A stretch of 51,082 bases of DNA from a virus (IMGVR_UViG_3300006182_000063:1-51082), one strand, 5' to 3'. Numbered from the stretch's first letter, positions 38,272 through 46,391 are shown. Numbers and translations: made by a program. The notes: generated from the letters alone by a model not told the origin.

Positions 38272-38487
38272 ATGCCCGCGCCCTACTCCCTCCCCGACAT
38301 GCTCGAAAGAATCTACGAAAACCAGCTCGCCCTGGAGGCCGCCATCATGGAGCTCTCGATCTGGACTGCTAACCATGGCGGCCATCACGTAGACCAGAAC
38401 GTCCGCGGCGCTTTCGAGACGATTGGCGAGAACGCTGGGCACATCAAGCAGGCCCTGGCCAGGCTGAGATCCCAGGGCCTGGACTGA
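38272..38487 (+). CDS. Small hypothetical protein, paralog of 1..210
   Basis: GGAG RBS; YENQLALEAAIMELS.W; upstream TGCTACACT -10; flanked by terminators. Confidence 0.8.
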   Translation: MPAPYSLPDMLERIYENQLALEAAIMELSIWTANHGGHHVDQNVRGAFETIGENAGHIKQALARLRSQGLD

Positions 38488-38505
38488 CACATCGCACATT
38501 CACGC

Positions 38506-38530
38506 AGCCCGCCATTGAGCGGGCTTTTTT
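38506..38530 (+). terminator. Intrinsic terminator
   Basis: AGCCCGC-cattga-GCGGGCT followed by a T run. Confidence 0.75.
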
Positions 38531-38548
38531 GTGCCTATTGGAAAATAC

Positions 38549-38590
38549 ATGACCGGCGGTATTGACCACTTAAAATACCGGAGGTATTGT
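38549..38590 (+). promoter_or_regulatory. OL/PL: two operators over a sigma70 promoter
   Basis: ATGACCGGCGGTATT (38549) and AATACCGGAGGTATT (38574) match OR; TTGACC-17 nt-TATTGT. Confidence 0.88.
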
Positions 38591-38597
38591 TAACCCA

Positions 38598-38912
38598 TCG
38601 CAGCGACTTACGAGGGACTGCGAAGGGCCTCACAGCCCGCCGCTCTTTAACAACATGCGCCATACACGATTACCCGGCGATTCGCTGGGAGGTCAGCCCC
38701 GGCTATCACCTGTGGGGCGAGAGGAAGTCAGGTGAACAAAACGCGCTGCCACTACTGGTGACCGGCGACAGACAGGCCCGAAAGCCTGCCAACGATGGGA
38801 TACCCCATACGGCTGTCGAGGTGTTGACCGAACTGGCGAATGACCTGGTAAGCGGCGCGGGAAGCACCCACAGATTTACTGATGCCGCTTCTATGAGGCG
38901 GCATTGGAAATC
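38598..38912 (+). ncRNA. Candidate structured RNA leader of the PL transcript
   Basis: Several hairpins and a three-way junction; no convincing ORF. Confidence 0.4.
38641..38653 (+). promoter_or_regulatory. boxA antitermination element
   Basis: CGCTCTTTAACAA, near-consensus boxA about 45 nt after PL. Confidence 0.75.
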
Positions 38913-38927
38913 AACGGAGGACATGAA

Positions 38928-39014
38928 ATGCCGAAGTACATGCTCGACTACATCAGGCTTTGCCGGGAGTGCAGCCTTGACCTGCGCACCATCGGCAACC
39001 AGCGGGAGGCATGA
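38928..39014 (+). CDS. Small ORF (28 aa), first PL gene
   Basis: GGAGG RBS; MPKYMLDYIRLCRECSLDLRTIGNQREA. Confidence 0.45.
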   Translation: MPKYMLDYIRLCRECSLDLRTIGNQREA

Positions 39015-39054
39015 GTGTTGACGAATACAGGTGAACCAACGAATGGAGTTGACC

Positions 39055-39300
39055 ATGAATCAAAGTCAGCACGCTTACTGCGACGTAGCGCTCGCAATGA
39101 ATCAGCGCCGCAACATGGCCTTGGCGCTTTGCCTCGGCCTGGTCGGATCCAGCGCACCGAAGACGTCGCCGTTGTTTCGGGTTATCCCTGCCGGCAATGA
39201 GTTCTTCCACGTCGTCGACTCGTCCACTGGCAAGGTGAGAGGGTTCCGTCGCAACCACAACGAAGCCTGTGCCCTCGCCCGCAAACTCGAAAGCAAGTAA
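39055..39300 (+). CDS. Hypothetical phage protein
   Basis: GGAG RBS; FH.VD..TGKV.GFR..H.EAC. Confidence 0.7.
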   Translation: MNQSQHAYCDVALAMNQRRNMALALCLGLVGSSAPKTSPLFRVIPAGNEFFHVVDSSTGKVRGFRRNHNEACALARKLESK

Positions 39301-39362
39301 CGAACCCTTCCCTACCCGTATCAAAACCAAGGCGCCCCGCAAGGATGGCGCGGGAGACAGTC

Positions 39363-40550
39363 ATGTCTAGAAAAATCGTCGCCTTCCGCAACAAGGGTGT
39401 TATTGACCCGAAAAGCATCACCACCTTTGGCGTTTCCTCCAAGGAGGGTGAAGGCGCCATCGGGTTCTTCGGCACTGGCTTGAAGTACGCAATCTCCATC
39501 ATCCTGCGCCAGGGCGGCTCGATCACCATCTACGCCGGTATGGATAAAATGGAGTTTGGCACGCGCCAGGAAAAGATCCGTGTCGACGAGTTCACCTTCG
39601 TGACTATGAACGGCCAGGCGCTTGGGTTCACTACCGAGGTCGGCAAGACCTGGGAAACCTGGCAGGCCTTCCGCGAACTGTACTGCAATACCCTGGATGA
39701 GCAAGGCGAGTGCTTTGTGACCGATGAAGAGCCTGAGCCAGCCGAAGATGAAACGCTGATCATCGTGCGTGGCAAGGACTTCTACGATTCTTGGGTCAAC
39801 CGTGACGCCATCATCCTGGGATCGGAGCCGCTTCATCAAATGCCAGGCCTGGACGTTCATGCCGGGGCCTCTGAATATGTTTTCTATCGCGGGATTCGCG
39901 CACTGAAGCTGTCGTCGCCGTCGATTTATACCTACAACATCAGTTCGTCGATGGATCTGACAGAAGACAGGACAATCAAGCATTCCTTCTACGCCGACCA
40001 TTACATCCGGCAGGGGCTTAGCCAACTTACCGACAAATACGCCATCTCACGCGTAGTCGTGCCTGACGATGGGGTCTACGAGCGGTCTATCGACTTCTCC
40101 AGTACAACCCCAAGCGAAGAGTTCGCCACGGTCGTGCGCGTACTTGCGAAGTCCTTTACCAAGGGGCTGAACCATTCTGCGGTCACTGCGTGCCGCGGGA
40201 ACCTGCTCGACTCGCTTGCCAACGTCGAGCACATGCCGCTGACCAGCATTGACCAGGTGCGGATGGATCGCGCTATCGCGTTCTGCAAGGGCATCGGCTT
40301 CTCGGTTGATGAGTACCCCATTGTGGTTACCGAGTTCCTGGGTGAAGGCGTTCTTGGGCGCGCCCACAACGAACACATCTTCATCAGCAAGCGGACGCTG
40401 ATGATGGGCACCAAGATGCTTTGCGGGACGCTGATCGAAGAGTTCATCCATCTGCGTCACAAGCTTCGTGACGAAACCTACGAAATGCAGAATTTCCTGT
40501 TCGATGCGCTGGTTTCGATGGGCGAGCAACTTACCGGCGAGCCCTTGTAA
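39363..40550 (+). CDS. GHKL(HSP90)-like ATPase with zincin-like C-terminus
   Basis: G.SSK..IGFFGTGLK; W..WQAFRELYCN.LDE; C-terminal TLIEEFIH. Confidence 0.7.
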   Translation: MSRKIVAFRNKGVIDPKSITTFGVSSKEGEGAIGFFGTGLKYAISIILRQGGSITIYAGMDKMEFGTRQEKIRVDEFTFVTMNGQALGFTTEVGKTWETWQAFRELYCNTLDEQGECFVTDEEPEPAEDETLIIVRGKDFYDSWVNRDAIILGSEPLHQMPGLDVHAGASEYVFYRGIRALKLSSPSIYTYNISSSMDLTEDRTIKHSFYADHYIRQGLSQLTDKYAISRVVVPDDGVYERSIDFSSTTPSEEFATVVRVLAKSFTKGLNHSAVTACRGNLLDSLANVEHMPLTSIDQVRMDRAIAFCKGIGFSVDEYPIVVTEFLGEGVLGRAHNEHIFISKRTLMMGTKMLCGTLIEEFIHLRHKLRDETYEMQNFLFDALVSMGEQLTGEPL

Positions 40551-40599
40551 TTCCCCTCATAACGCACAACGCGTCGCTACCAGCCGCGCCGGAGGCTCT

Positions 40600-41094
40600 A
40601 TGTCTCAAGAAAGTGAATCACCTCTCTCTGCGGCAGATCTGCGAACGATTGCCCACGCCGCGCCAACCGCCAAGATCGAGCGAGAAGAACTCGAGGCTGC
40701 CCACCGCCAAGCCGAGCGAGAGCGCATCGAGCGGCTTGGTGGGTCGGCTGAGTTGGTTCTGGACCTGGAGGCCAGGCTTGCAGCCGCCGTCGATGATCGA
40801 AAGCGCGCACAGGTCGAGGCGAACTACGCCAAGAAGAAGCTGGAGCAGGTTTTCGAGTCGATCAGCGCCGCGGTGGGTCGGGACGTTCGACAGTTGAGCC
40901 TAGTGCACTTCGGCATGGCGCTGACGGATAGCAAGTCGAAGCTTGTCACGCTGGCCGGGTACATCGACAAGGCGCGGACGCTGGATGACCTGGTGGTGCT
41001 CAAGCGAGTAGCCAGCAACCTCGGCGTTATCCAGCCACAAACCATGGCCCAGGCAGCCCAGTTGATGGGATTGAGTCACCGGAGGGCTGTATGA
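40600..41094 (+). CDS. Hypothetical coiled-coil protein
   Basis: GGAGG RBS. Confidence 0.7.
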   Translation: MSQESESPLSAADLRTIAHAAPTAKIEREELEAAHRQAERERIERLGGSAELVLDLEARLAAAVDDRKRAQVEANYAKKKLEQVFESISAAVGRDVRQLSLVHFGMALTDSKSKLVTLAGYIDKARTLDDLVVLKRVASNLGVIQPQTMAQAAQLMGLSHRRAV

Positions 41095-41231
41095 GCCCAG
41101 CAATGGCCGCTCAGTTCGACTGGATGAAGGTCGGCGCCTTCTCGCCTGACCGATTTACCGGCGAGCAGCGCAAAGAGTACGAAGACGAAGCCCGCCGCAT
41201 CCAACGGCAGTGGGACAACCAACCAAGCTGA
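41091..41231 (+). CDS. Small hypothetical protein (46 aa)
   Basis: MSPAMAAQFDWMKVG...; ATGA-coupled, GGAGG RBS. Confidence 0.6.
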   Translation: MSPAMAAQFDWMKVGAFSPDRFTGEQRKEYEDEARRIQRQWDNQPS

Positions 41232-41241
41232 GGAAACTCAA

Positions 41242-42108
41242 ATGTTCAAGAAAGCCGAACGCAAGCAGGCCAAGCTACGGCTGGCACTTGCTGGGCCGTC
41301 TGGATCAGGAAAAACCTACTCCGCTCTGCTGCTGGCCCAGGGGCTTGGCGGGCGTATCGCGGTTCTAGACACCGAACACGGCAGCGCATCGCTGTACGCG
41401 GACCTGGTCGACTTCGACGCAATGGAGTTGCACGCGCCTTACTCGCCAGAGCGCTACATCGAAGTGATCGTCGCTGCCGAGCTCGCAGGCTACGACACGC
41501 TAATCATCGATAGCTACTCACATGAGTGGACAGGTTCCGGGGGATGCCTTGAGCAGAATGAGACCGTGGCCCACCAGAAGTTTCGGGGCAACACCTGGGC
41601 GGCTTGGAACGAGACCACCCCGCGCCACCGGAAGCTGACGGACAAGATCCTCACCAGCTCGATGCACATCATCTGCACCATGCGCAGCAAGACCGAGACG
41701 GTTCAGGGCGAAGGCAAGAAGATCCTCAAACTGGGCATGAAGTCCGAGCAGCGCGACGGCACCGACTATGAATTCACCGTGGTGCTGGACCTTACCCACG
41801 ACGGCCACACCGCCACGGCCAGCAAGGACCGGACGAAGCTGTTTGATCAGCCTGAGCTGATCAGCGCCGACACCGGCGCACGCCTGCTTACCTGGCTGAA
41901 CTCTGGTTTGAATCCTGAGGACCGCGCCAAAGAGCAGTTGGTTGACGCGATTGCCGATATCACCAGCGCGCCGGACATGGCGGCTCTGGAGTCGGCCTAT
42001 AACGCCGGGCGAGTCATCGTCCAAGGTTTCGACAACCTCAAGCCCGCGCTGGTCGCCGCAAAGGAGATCCGCAAGGCTGAACTGAACAAAGCGAGGCAAT
42101 CAGCATGA
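41242..42108 (+). CDS. Sak4-like P-loop ATPase / recombinase (AAA_24)
   Basis: GPSGSGKT, DTE, IIDS.SHEW, QRDG..YEF, KDRT. Confidence 0.85.
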   Translation: MFKKAERKQAKLRLALAGPSGSGKTYSALLLAQGLGGRIAVLDTEHGSASLYADLVDFDAMELHAPYSPERYIEVIVAAELAGYDTLIIDSYSHEWTGSGGCLEQNETVAHQKFRGNTWAAWNETTPRHRKLTDKILTSSMHIICTMRSKTETVQGEGKKILKLGMKSEQRDGTDYEFTVVLDLTHDGHTATASKDRTKLFDQPELISADTGARLLTWLNSGLNPEDRAKEQLVDAIADITSAPDMAALESAYNAGRVIVQGFDNLKPALVAAKEIRKAELNKARQSA

Positions 42109-42695
42109 TCAGCATTCTCCGTAACGAAGTGGAAAGGCTTCGCCCGGCTCAGGATGATTTGGCGGCACAGGTTTCGGCGTTTGTTGCGGCCGGCGGCAAG
42201 ATCAAAGTGGCCGAGCCTCCACCACCACCGAAGCCTGTCGTGTACGTCCCTCAGGAACCTCCGGCGCCGAAGCCATTCGTTCGGCGCAAGGTTGAAGTGA
42301 ATCCCCTCCCCCTCGATAAGACCGACATCCGATCACAGGACCGACTAAAGCTGGCTGAGCAGATACGCCAGCTGGGCGTAACACTCACCCAGACCGAGGT
42401 GGCCGCCGAGCTTGGTGTAAGCCGGCGGCTTATCTACAACTACGCCGCCAGGTACGACATCACGTTCAAGCCGCCAACCCGGGGAGGTGCACGGAACCTG
42501 GTGCGTAAGGAAGTGGACGAAGCCCGCGACGCGAAATACGCCGAGCGGATCCGTGCATTCCTGGAACTGGGGATTACACGGCGCCAATGCTGCGGAAAGC
42601 TGGCGATCGGCAATAAAGCCTTCGAGCGGATCATCACCGCCCACGGCATCGACTACCCGAAAGCGCGCCAGGGCAGCCTCTCATGCGCCGCATAA
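42105..42695 (+). CDS. Hypothetical HTH-containing phage protein
   Basis: F.A.GGKI motif; TQTEVAAELGVSRR. Confidence 0.7.
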   Translation: MISILRNEVERLRPAQDDLAAQVSAFVAAGGKIKVAEPPPPPKPVVYVPQEPPAPKPFVRRKVEVNPLPLDKTDIRSQDRLKLAEQIRQLGVTLTQTEVAAELGVSRRLIYNYAARYDITFKPPTRGGARNLVRKEVDEARDAKYAERIRAFLELGITRRQCCGKLAIGNKAFERIITAHGIDYPKARQGSLSCAA

Positions 42696-42795
42696 CCCTC
42701 ACCCAGCCACGCAGCTTTGGAGGATCACAACGACAAACTATCTCTTAAAACGCTTCATCCGAAACAATAACCAACCAAACTTGAAAGGAATCAAC

Positions 42796-43650
42796 ATGAA
42801 AAAGATCATCATGGCACTCGCATGCCTAGCATCCGTCGCCGCAAATGCAGAGACATATTCAACATATCCGGAATCCCCTGGCACAGCTGCAGGATTCGTA
42901 ACGTCTGTTGTTGAATACAACCCCGGCAGCGGAGCCTACGGCGATGGGGCGATTCAAAGTAATGCCCTTGGAGCTCCAAACGGAAACTATCTGTCACTAG
43001 GAAAGCTGGGAAATGCTGTTTTCAAAGTCGGTCCCAATCCACTCAAAGCTGACGGAACTCCAGCGATCGATATTTACGTCTATGAGGCGGGTTGGTGGGA
43101 CTCGTTCGACGTCTACATTTCAGCCAACGGTGTTTCCTACACGAAGCTCGTACCGACTACTACTGCAAAAGCATCGGGCGGTTCCGGCTCATGGGTGGGC
43201 TTTAACATTGACGGTCAAGTCGACACCGCGCTCTCCTACCCTTATGTGAAGGTGGTCGATACCAGCAGCAACCCAAGCACCATTCCCGGTACAGACGGCG
43301 CCGATATCGACGGCATTATGATTACGCACGCTGCCGCTCCGACAGGAGACTATGTGATGTATGACACTGATATGTATCAAGGTAAAACCTACAACCTATA
43401 CCAGGACAAAGACTCCGGGGCTGTGGGGGTGAAGATAATTACTGCGACCGGCGCAGTTTCATACGTGCCGTTCTCAAGCGACAACTCTCTCCTCCCGATC
43501 GCGGTCTCCGTGCAATCGGACGTCAATGGCGACTCGGTCAACGACATAGATGTTTTGGTGACTCGTAAATCCGATAACGCGCAGCTCAACATTTACCGAG
43601 ACTTCAGCGGCGCGCTCATCAAATCGATAGACAATTCCGCCATCAAGTAG
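42796..43650 (+). CDS. Moron: secreted beta-rich protein
   Basis: Signal peptide MKKIIMALACLASVAANA; AAGGA RBS; D.NGD.V.DI FG-GAP-like motif. Confidence 0.75.
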   Translation: MKKIIMALACLASVAANAETYSTYPESPGTAAGFVTSVVEYNPGSGAYGDGAIQSNALGAPNGNYLSLGKLGNAVFKVGPNPLKADGTPAIDIYVYEAGWWDSFDVYISANGVSYTKLVPTTTAKASGGSGSWVGFNIDGQVDTALSYPYVKVVDTSSNPSTIPGTDGADIDGIMITHAAAPTGDYVMYDTDMYQGKTYNLYQDKDSGAVGVKIITATGAVSYVPFSSDNSLLPIAVSVQSDVNGDSVNDIDVLVTRKSDNAQLNIYRDFSGALIKSIDNSAIK

Positions 43651-43744
43651 CACTGCGCGGCGTCGTCCGGACCCAGATATTGGGCGAGGACGACAACCGA
43701 ATCAGCTGCAACCCATCAATACCGAACCGAATAAGAGGTAGGCC

Positions 43745-44074
43745 ATGGCAGCAGTAACGCAGAAAGAACGCTCGGCCAAGACTGCCAGGAAGCGTGTGGC
43801 ACTTGCCGAGGAAGAGTTGAGGCTCAGGGTTCGCCCCGGCACGCGCCAGGCGCTGGCCGACCTGATGGAGTGGTCAGGCATTACTGAGCAGGGCGAGGCG
43901 ATGACGCTGATGATTCATCACCTGCATGCGCTGGGTTCGGCGAAGTGCCAGCCTCTAATGAATCCGCCGCGCCACGAAATCGAGATATCTCAAAACGTGG
44001 CGCGGGAATTTCGCAATAAAAGCCTTCTCGCCATCCAGAAAGACCCGGGCGACGAGATCATCGAGCCCGCATAA
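43745..44074 (+). CDS. Hypothetical phage protein
   Basis: GAGG RBS; EELRLR...GT..AL..LM.W.GI.E..EA.TL.I. Confidence 0.75.
   Translation: MAAVTQKERSAKTARKRVALAEEELRLRVRPGTRQALADLMEWSGITEQGEAMTLMIHHLHALGSAKCQPLMNPPRHEIEISQNVAREFRNKSLLAIQKDPGDEIIEPA
43968..44004. repeat. Dispersed palindrome copy 3
   Basis: CGCGCCACG-aaatcgagatatctcaaaa-CGTGGCGCG. Confidence 0.9.
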
Positions 44075-44113
44075 CACACCCTAGTTCCCGCATTCGATAA
44101 CGGAGGGCGGCGC

Positions 44114-44344
44114 CTATCCGATATCTCGATCTACCCAGAGCTTGGCAAGCCAGGCTGGAATCACCAGCGTTCGTGATGCGTCCAACTTTTTGCCGGCATC
44201 TGGTGAGCGTTCGATCTCGGTGCCGAAGTAAGCAATCCAGCTTCTGTCAGGCTGCAACGCTAGCTCCGTCAAGTACGTGCCGACTTCAGCCACGGTTAAT
44301 CCACTTTGCTCTGCTAGCAGCTTATTAGAAGGTTTTCTGTCCAC
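44114..44344 (-). CDS. Antisense moron: hypothetical protein
   Basis: GTG start after AGGAGG. Confidence 0.6.
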   Translation of the reverse strand: MDRKPSNKLLAEQSGLTVAEVGTYLTELALQPDRSWIAYFGTEIERSPDAGKKLDASRTLVIPAWLAKLWVDRDIG

Positions 44345-44437
44345 TCTTTCCTCCTTTGCCGGTCAACCGTAATACCCCAGCCAACACCAAATTGCCCTTT
44401 TCCTGAAGCACGATGCCTATCTCAACAAACACGATAC

Positions 44438-44767
44438 TCAGATTGGGGTTTCGCTTACGACCACCCATCTCATTTTGTATGGATAGTGGTCGTCTCCGTA
44501 GCTGCACTGCAAGGAAAGATCCTCTGTGGGTTGAAGAGTGAAGGGCTTTATCGCTTCCGTTGGCTTTCCCCCGCCCCATGGATTGAAGATCTCTTTAACA
44601 ACGACCTTATATGCCCGTTTGGCATCGCTGTTTACCAGATGTGCGATTTGGCCGGCTGAGGCGAACCCGCAGCGTTCATTGTATTTGACCGTTACGACAG
44701 GATCCGCAATTGCTGGGCCTGACAAAATCAGTGCGGCGAAAAAACCTATCCAAATCCTTACTCGCAT
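44438..44767 (-). CDS. Antisense moron: exported hypothetical protein
   Basis: Signal peptide MRVRIWIGFFAALILSGPAIA; GAGG RBS; Cys pair. Confidence 0.7.
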   Translation of the reverse strand: MRVRIWIGFFAALILSGPAIADPVVTVKYNERCGFASAGQIAHLVNSDAKRAYKVVVKEIFNPWGGGKPTEAIKPFTLQPTEDLSLQCSYGDDHYPYKMRWVVVSETPI

Positions 44768-44878
44768 AGACACCTCGCGCATTCGTGCTAGCCCTATGCC
44801 AGCTCTAAGGTTATAGCCCACCAAAACTAAATTGCCACCACCGGACAGCGGAGGGCGGCGCCTGACTGGAAATAATCC

Positions 44879-45511
44879 ATGGACGACCAGTTCTACCTAC
44901 AAGACAGCCGCAGCCATGCCTACGTCGGCGACGGGTTGTCATTCTGGGGCTTTGGTGGCTCCGGGTACGTCACCGACTTGGCCAAGGCCCAGGTGTTCAG
45001 CCGTGACGGCGCTTGCGATCACCGAGACACCGACATCCCTTGGCCCAAGGCCTACGTCGACGCCAAGGCGCGAGTCGGTGTCGATTGCCAGAATGTCACT
45101 TTGAGCGAGGCGCTAGAGCAGCACACCGACGCAGCGGATTTTTACATCCAGAAGCCGCAGTGCTGGAACGGAAACAACCTGATTTGGCTTTGTGAGGACG
45201 GAGTATTCACAAGCGATCTGTCGAAGGCTGTCGTGGTGCCGAGAGCCCAAACCGTCACCTGGATCGGCAAGCTCGGTCAATCAGACGCGGTGCTCTGGCC
45301 CAAGCCTTACATCGACGCCTACTCCCGGCGCCTTGTTGAGCGCGACGACGTGAATATCAAAGACGCCCTGCGCGGCACCGGCATCAAGCTTGCCAAGCCG
45401 AAGAAGCCCAAAATGATGATGTTCAATTGTGATGGATGCGGCCGGTTCATCAGTGACGCTCAACGCTATCGCGAAGACTGCCGGAACTGCGGGGCGAGCA
45501 ACACTCCTTGA
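44879..45511 (+). CDS. Hypothetical phage protein with internal duplication and C-terminal Zn finger
   Basis: FY.Q...G..L..W...G...T.DL.KA...WPK.Y.DA occurs twice; CDGC..CRNC. Confidence 0.8.
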   Translation: MDDQFYLQDSRSHAYVGDGLSFWGFGGSGYVTDLAKAQVFSRDGACDHRDTDIPWPKAYVDAKARVGVDCQNVTLSEALEQHTDAADFYIQKPQCWNGNNLIWLCEDGVFTSDLSKAVVVPRAQTVTWIGKLGQSDAVLWPKPYIDAYSRRLVERDDVNIKDALRGTGIKLAKPKKPKMMMFNCDGCGRFISDAQRYREDCRNCGASNTP

Positions 45512-45546
45512 TCCGGCTCCATGCCGGTCACCCGTAATACCCCATA

Positions 45547-46371
45547 TCAACGAATTGCGCCATCAGCAGAGTCAGGAAATGCCTTATGGAAATCGTTTGC
45601 CAAGGACAGCAAATCGTTTGACTTGGACATATCTGAACCCAAAATTATAGTATTAGTTTCTGCCTGTTCAAAAACCGCTTTGAATTCCGACGCGGGATTT
45701 TTTCCAACTATAAATTTAAAGAAAATCCCGAGAACGTCAAACTCGTGCAGGCAGCACCCAGGCCCCTCAATACAGGCGGGAAACCTCAACAACCTATGAA
45801 GATTATAGTTAGTGTTGAGGGTTACAATCAATCGAACGTCTTTGATGGCATCAGTATTGCCGAGAAGATAATCTTTAAATCTACCTTCATACAATCGCCC
45901 CAGCGTTCCTTTATGTATGGATGGATGTGATCCCCAATCCCAAACGTTGGAACGCCAAACAACGCTTGCACCGAAGTAAAACAGACTTTCTAAAATATCC
46001 GCTTTGATTTCAACAGGGTTGAAGAGAGAGAAATTTGGGCTTGACTGGGTTGATACACTCGACAAAAGCTGCTCCAACAATGGGAAATTAGTGTGAGTCG
46101 CCCACATTTTGGATACTGGCCCTTCCCCTCGCTTAGAGAATAATTGCTCGCATTCTTCACACAACAAATATTTTTTAACTTGGGTATCTGTGAAAAACGA
46201 TTCACTTAAATGCAAATGAACACGCATCGGACTACCGCCACCCTCTTCTCTGCTGTCCCTGATGTGTCTATAGGCTGATTTTGGAATTAAGTGACTGTTT
46301 CTAAGTTCCTTCTCGTTACGACAAAGTGCACAAATCATAACCATCCCCGACAGTTTTTCCATAACGCTCAA
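45547..46371 (-). CDS. Antisense moron: HNH-like Zn-binding protein
   Basis: CALC...SHLIPK...LLCEECE..FS; AT-rich; start may be 46344 or 46338. Confidence 0.7.
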   Translation of the reverse strand: MSVMEKLSGMVMICALCRNEKELRNSHLIPKSAYRHIRDSREEGGGSPMRVHLHLSESFFTDTQVKKYLLCEECEQLFSKRGEGPVSKMWATHTNFPLLEQLLSSVSTQSSPNFSLFNPVEIKADILESLFYFGASVVWRSNVWDWGSHPSIHKGTLGRLYEGRFKDYLLGNTDAIKDVRLIVTLNTNYNLHRLLRFPACIEGPGCCLHEFDVLGIFFKFIVGKNPASEFKAVFEQAETNTIILGSDMSKSNDLLSLANDFHKAFPDSADGAIR

Positions 46372-46391
46372 TATACCGGCGAGGAGCCATC

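Noticed and set aside
42683-42748. Short ORF MRRITLTQ... resembling the Cro N-terminus
   Set aside because: Only 21 codons; probably coincidence or a gene remnant at the moron junction.
42487-42795. Upstream extension of the secreted-protein ORF
   Set aside because: Overlaps the preceding gene; the RBS and signal peptide support 42796.
27862-44004. Dispersed palindromes as CRISPR repeats, REP/IS ends or terminators
   Set aside because: Not arrayed, no cas or transposase gene, no target duplication and no U-tract; kept as an unexplained motif.
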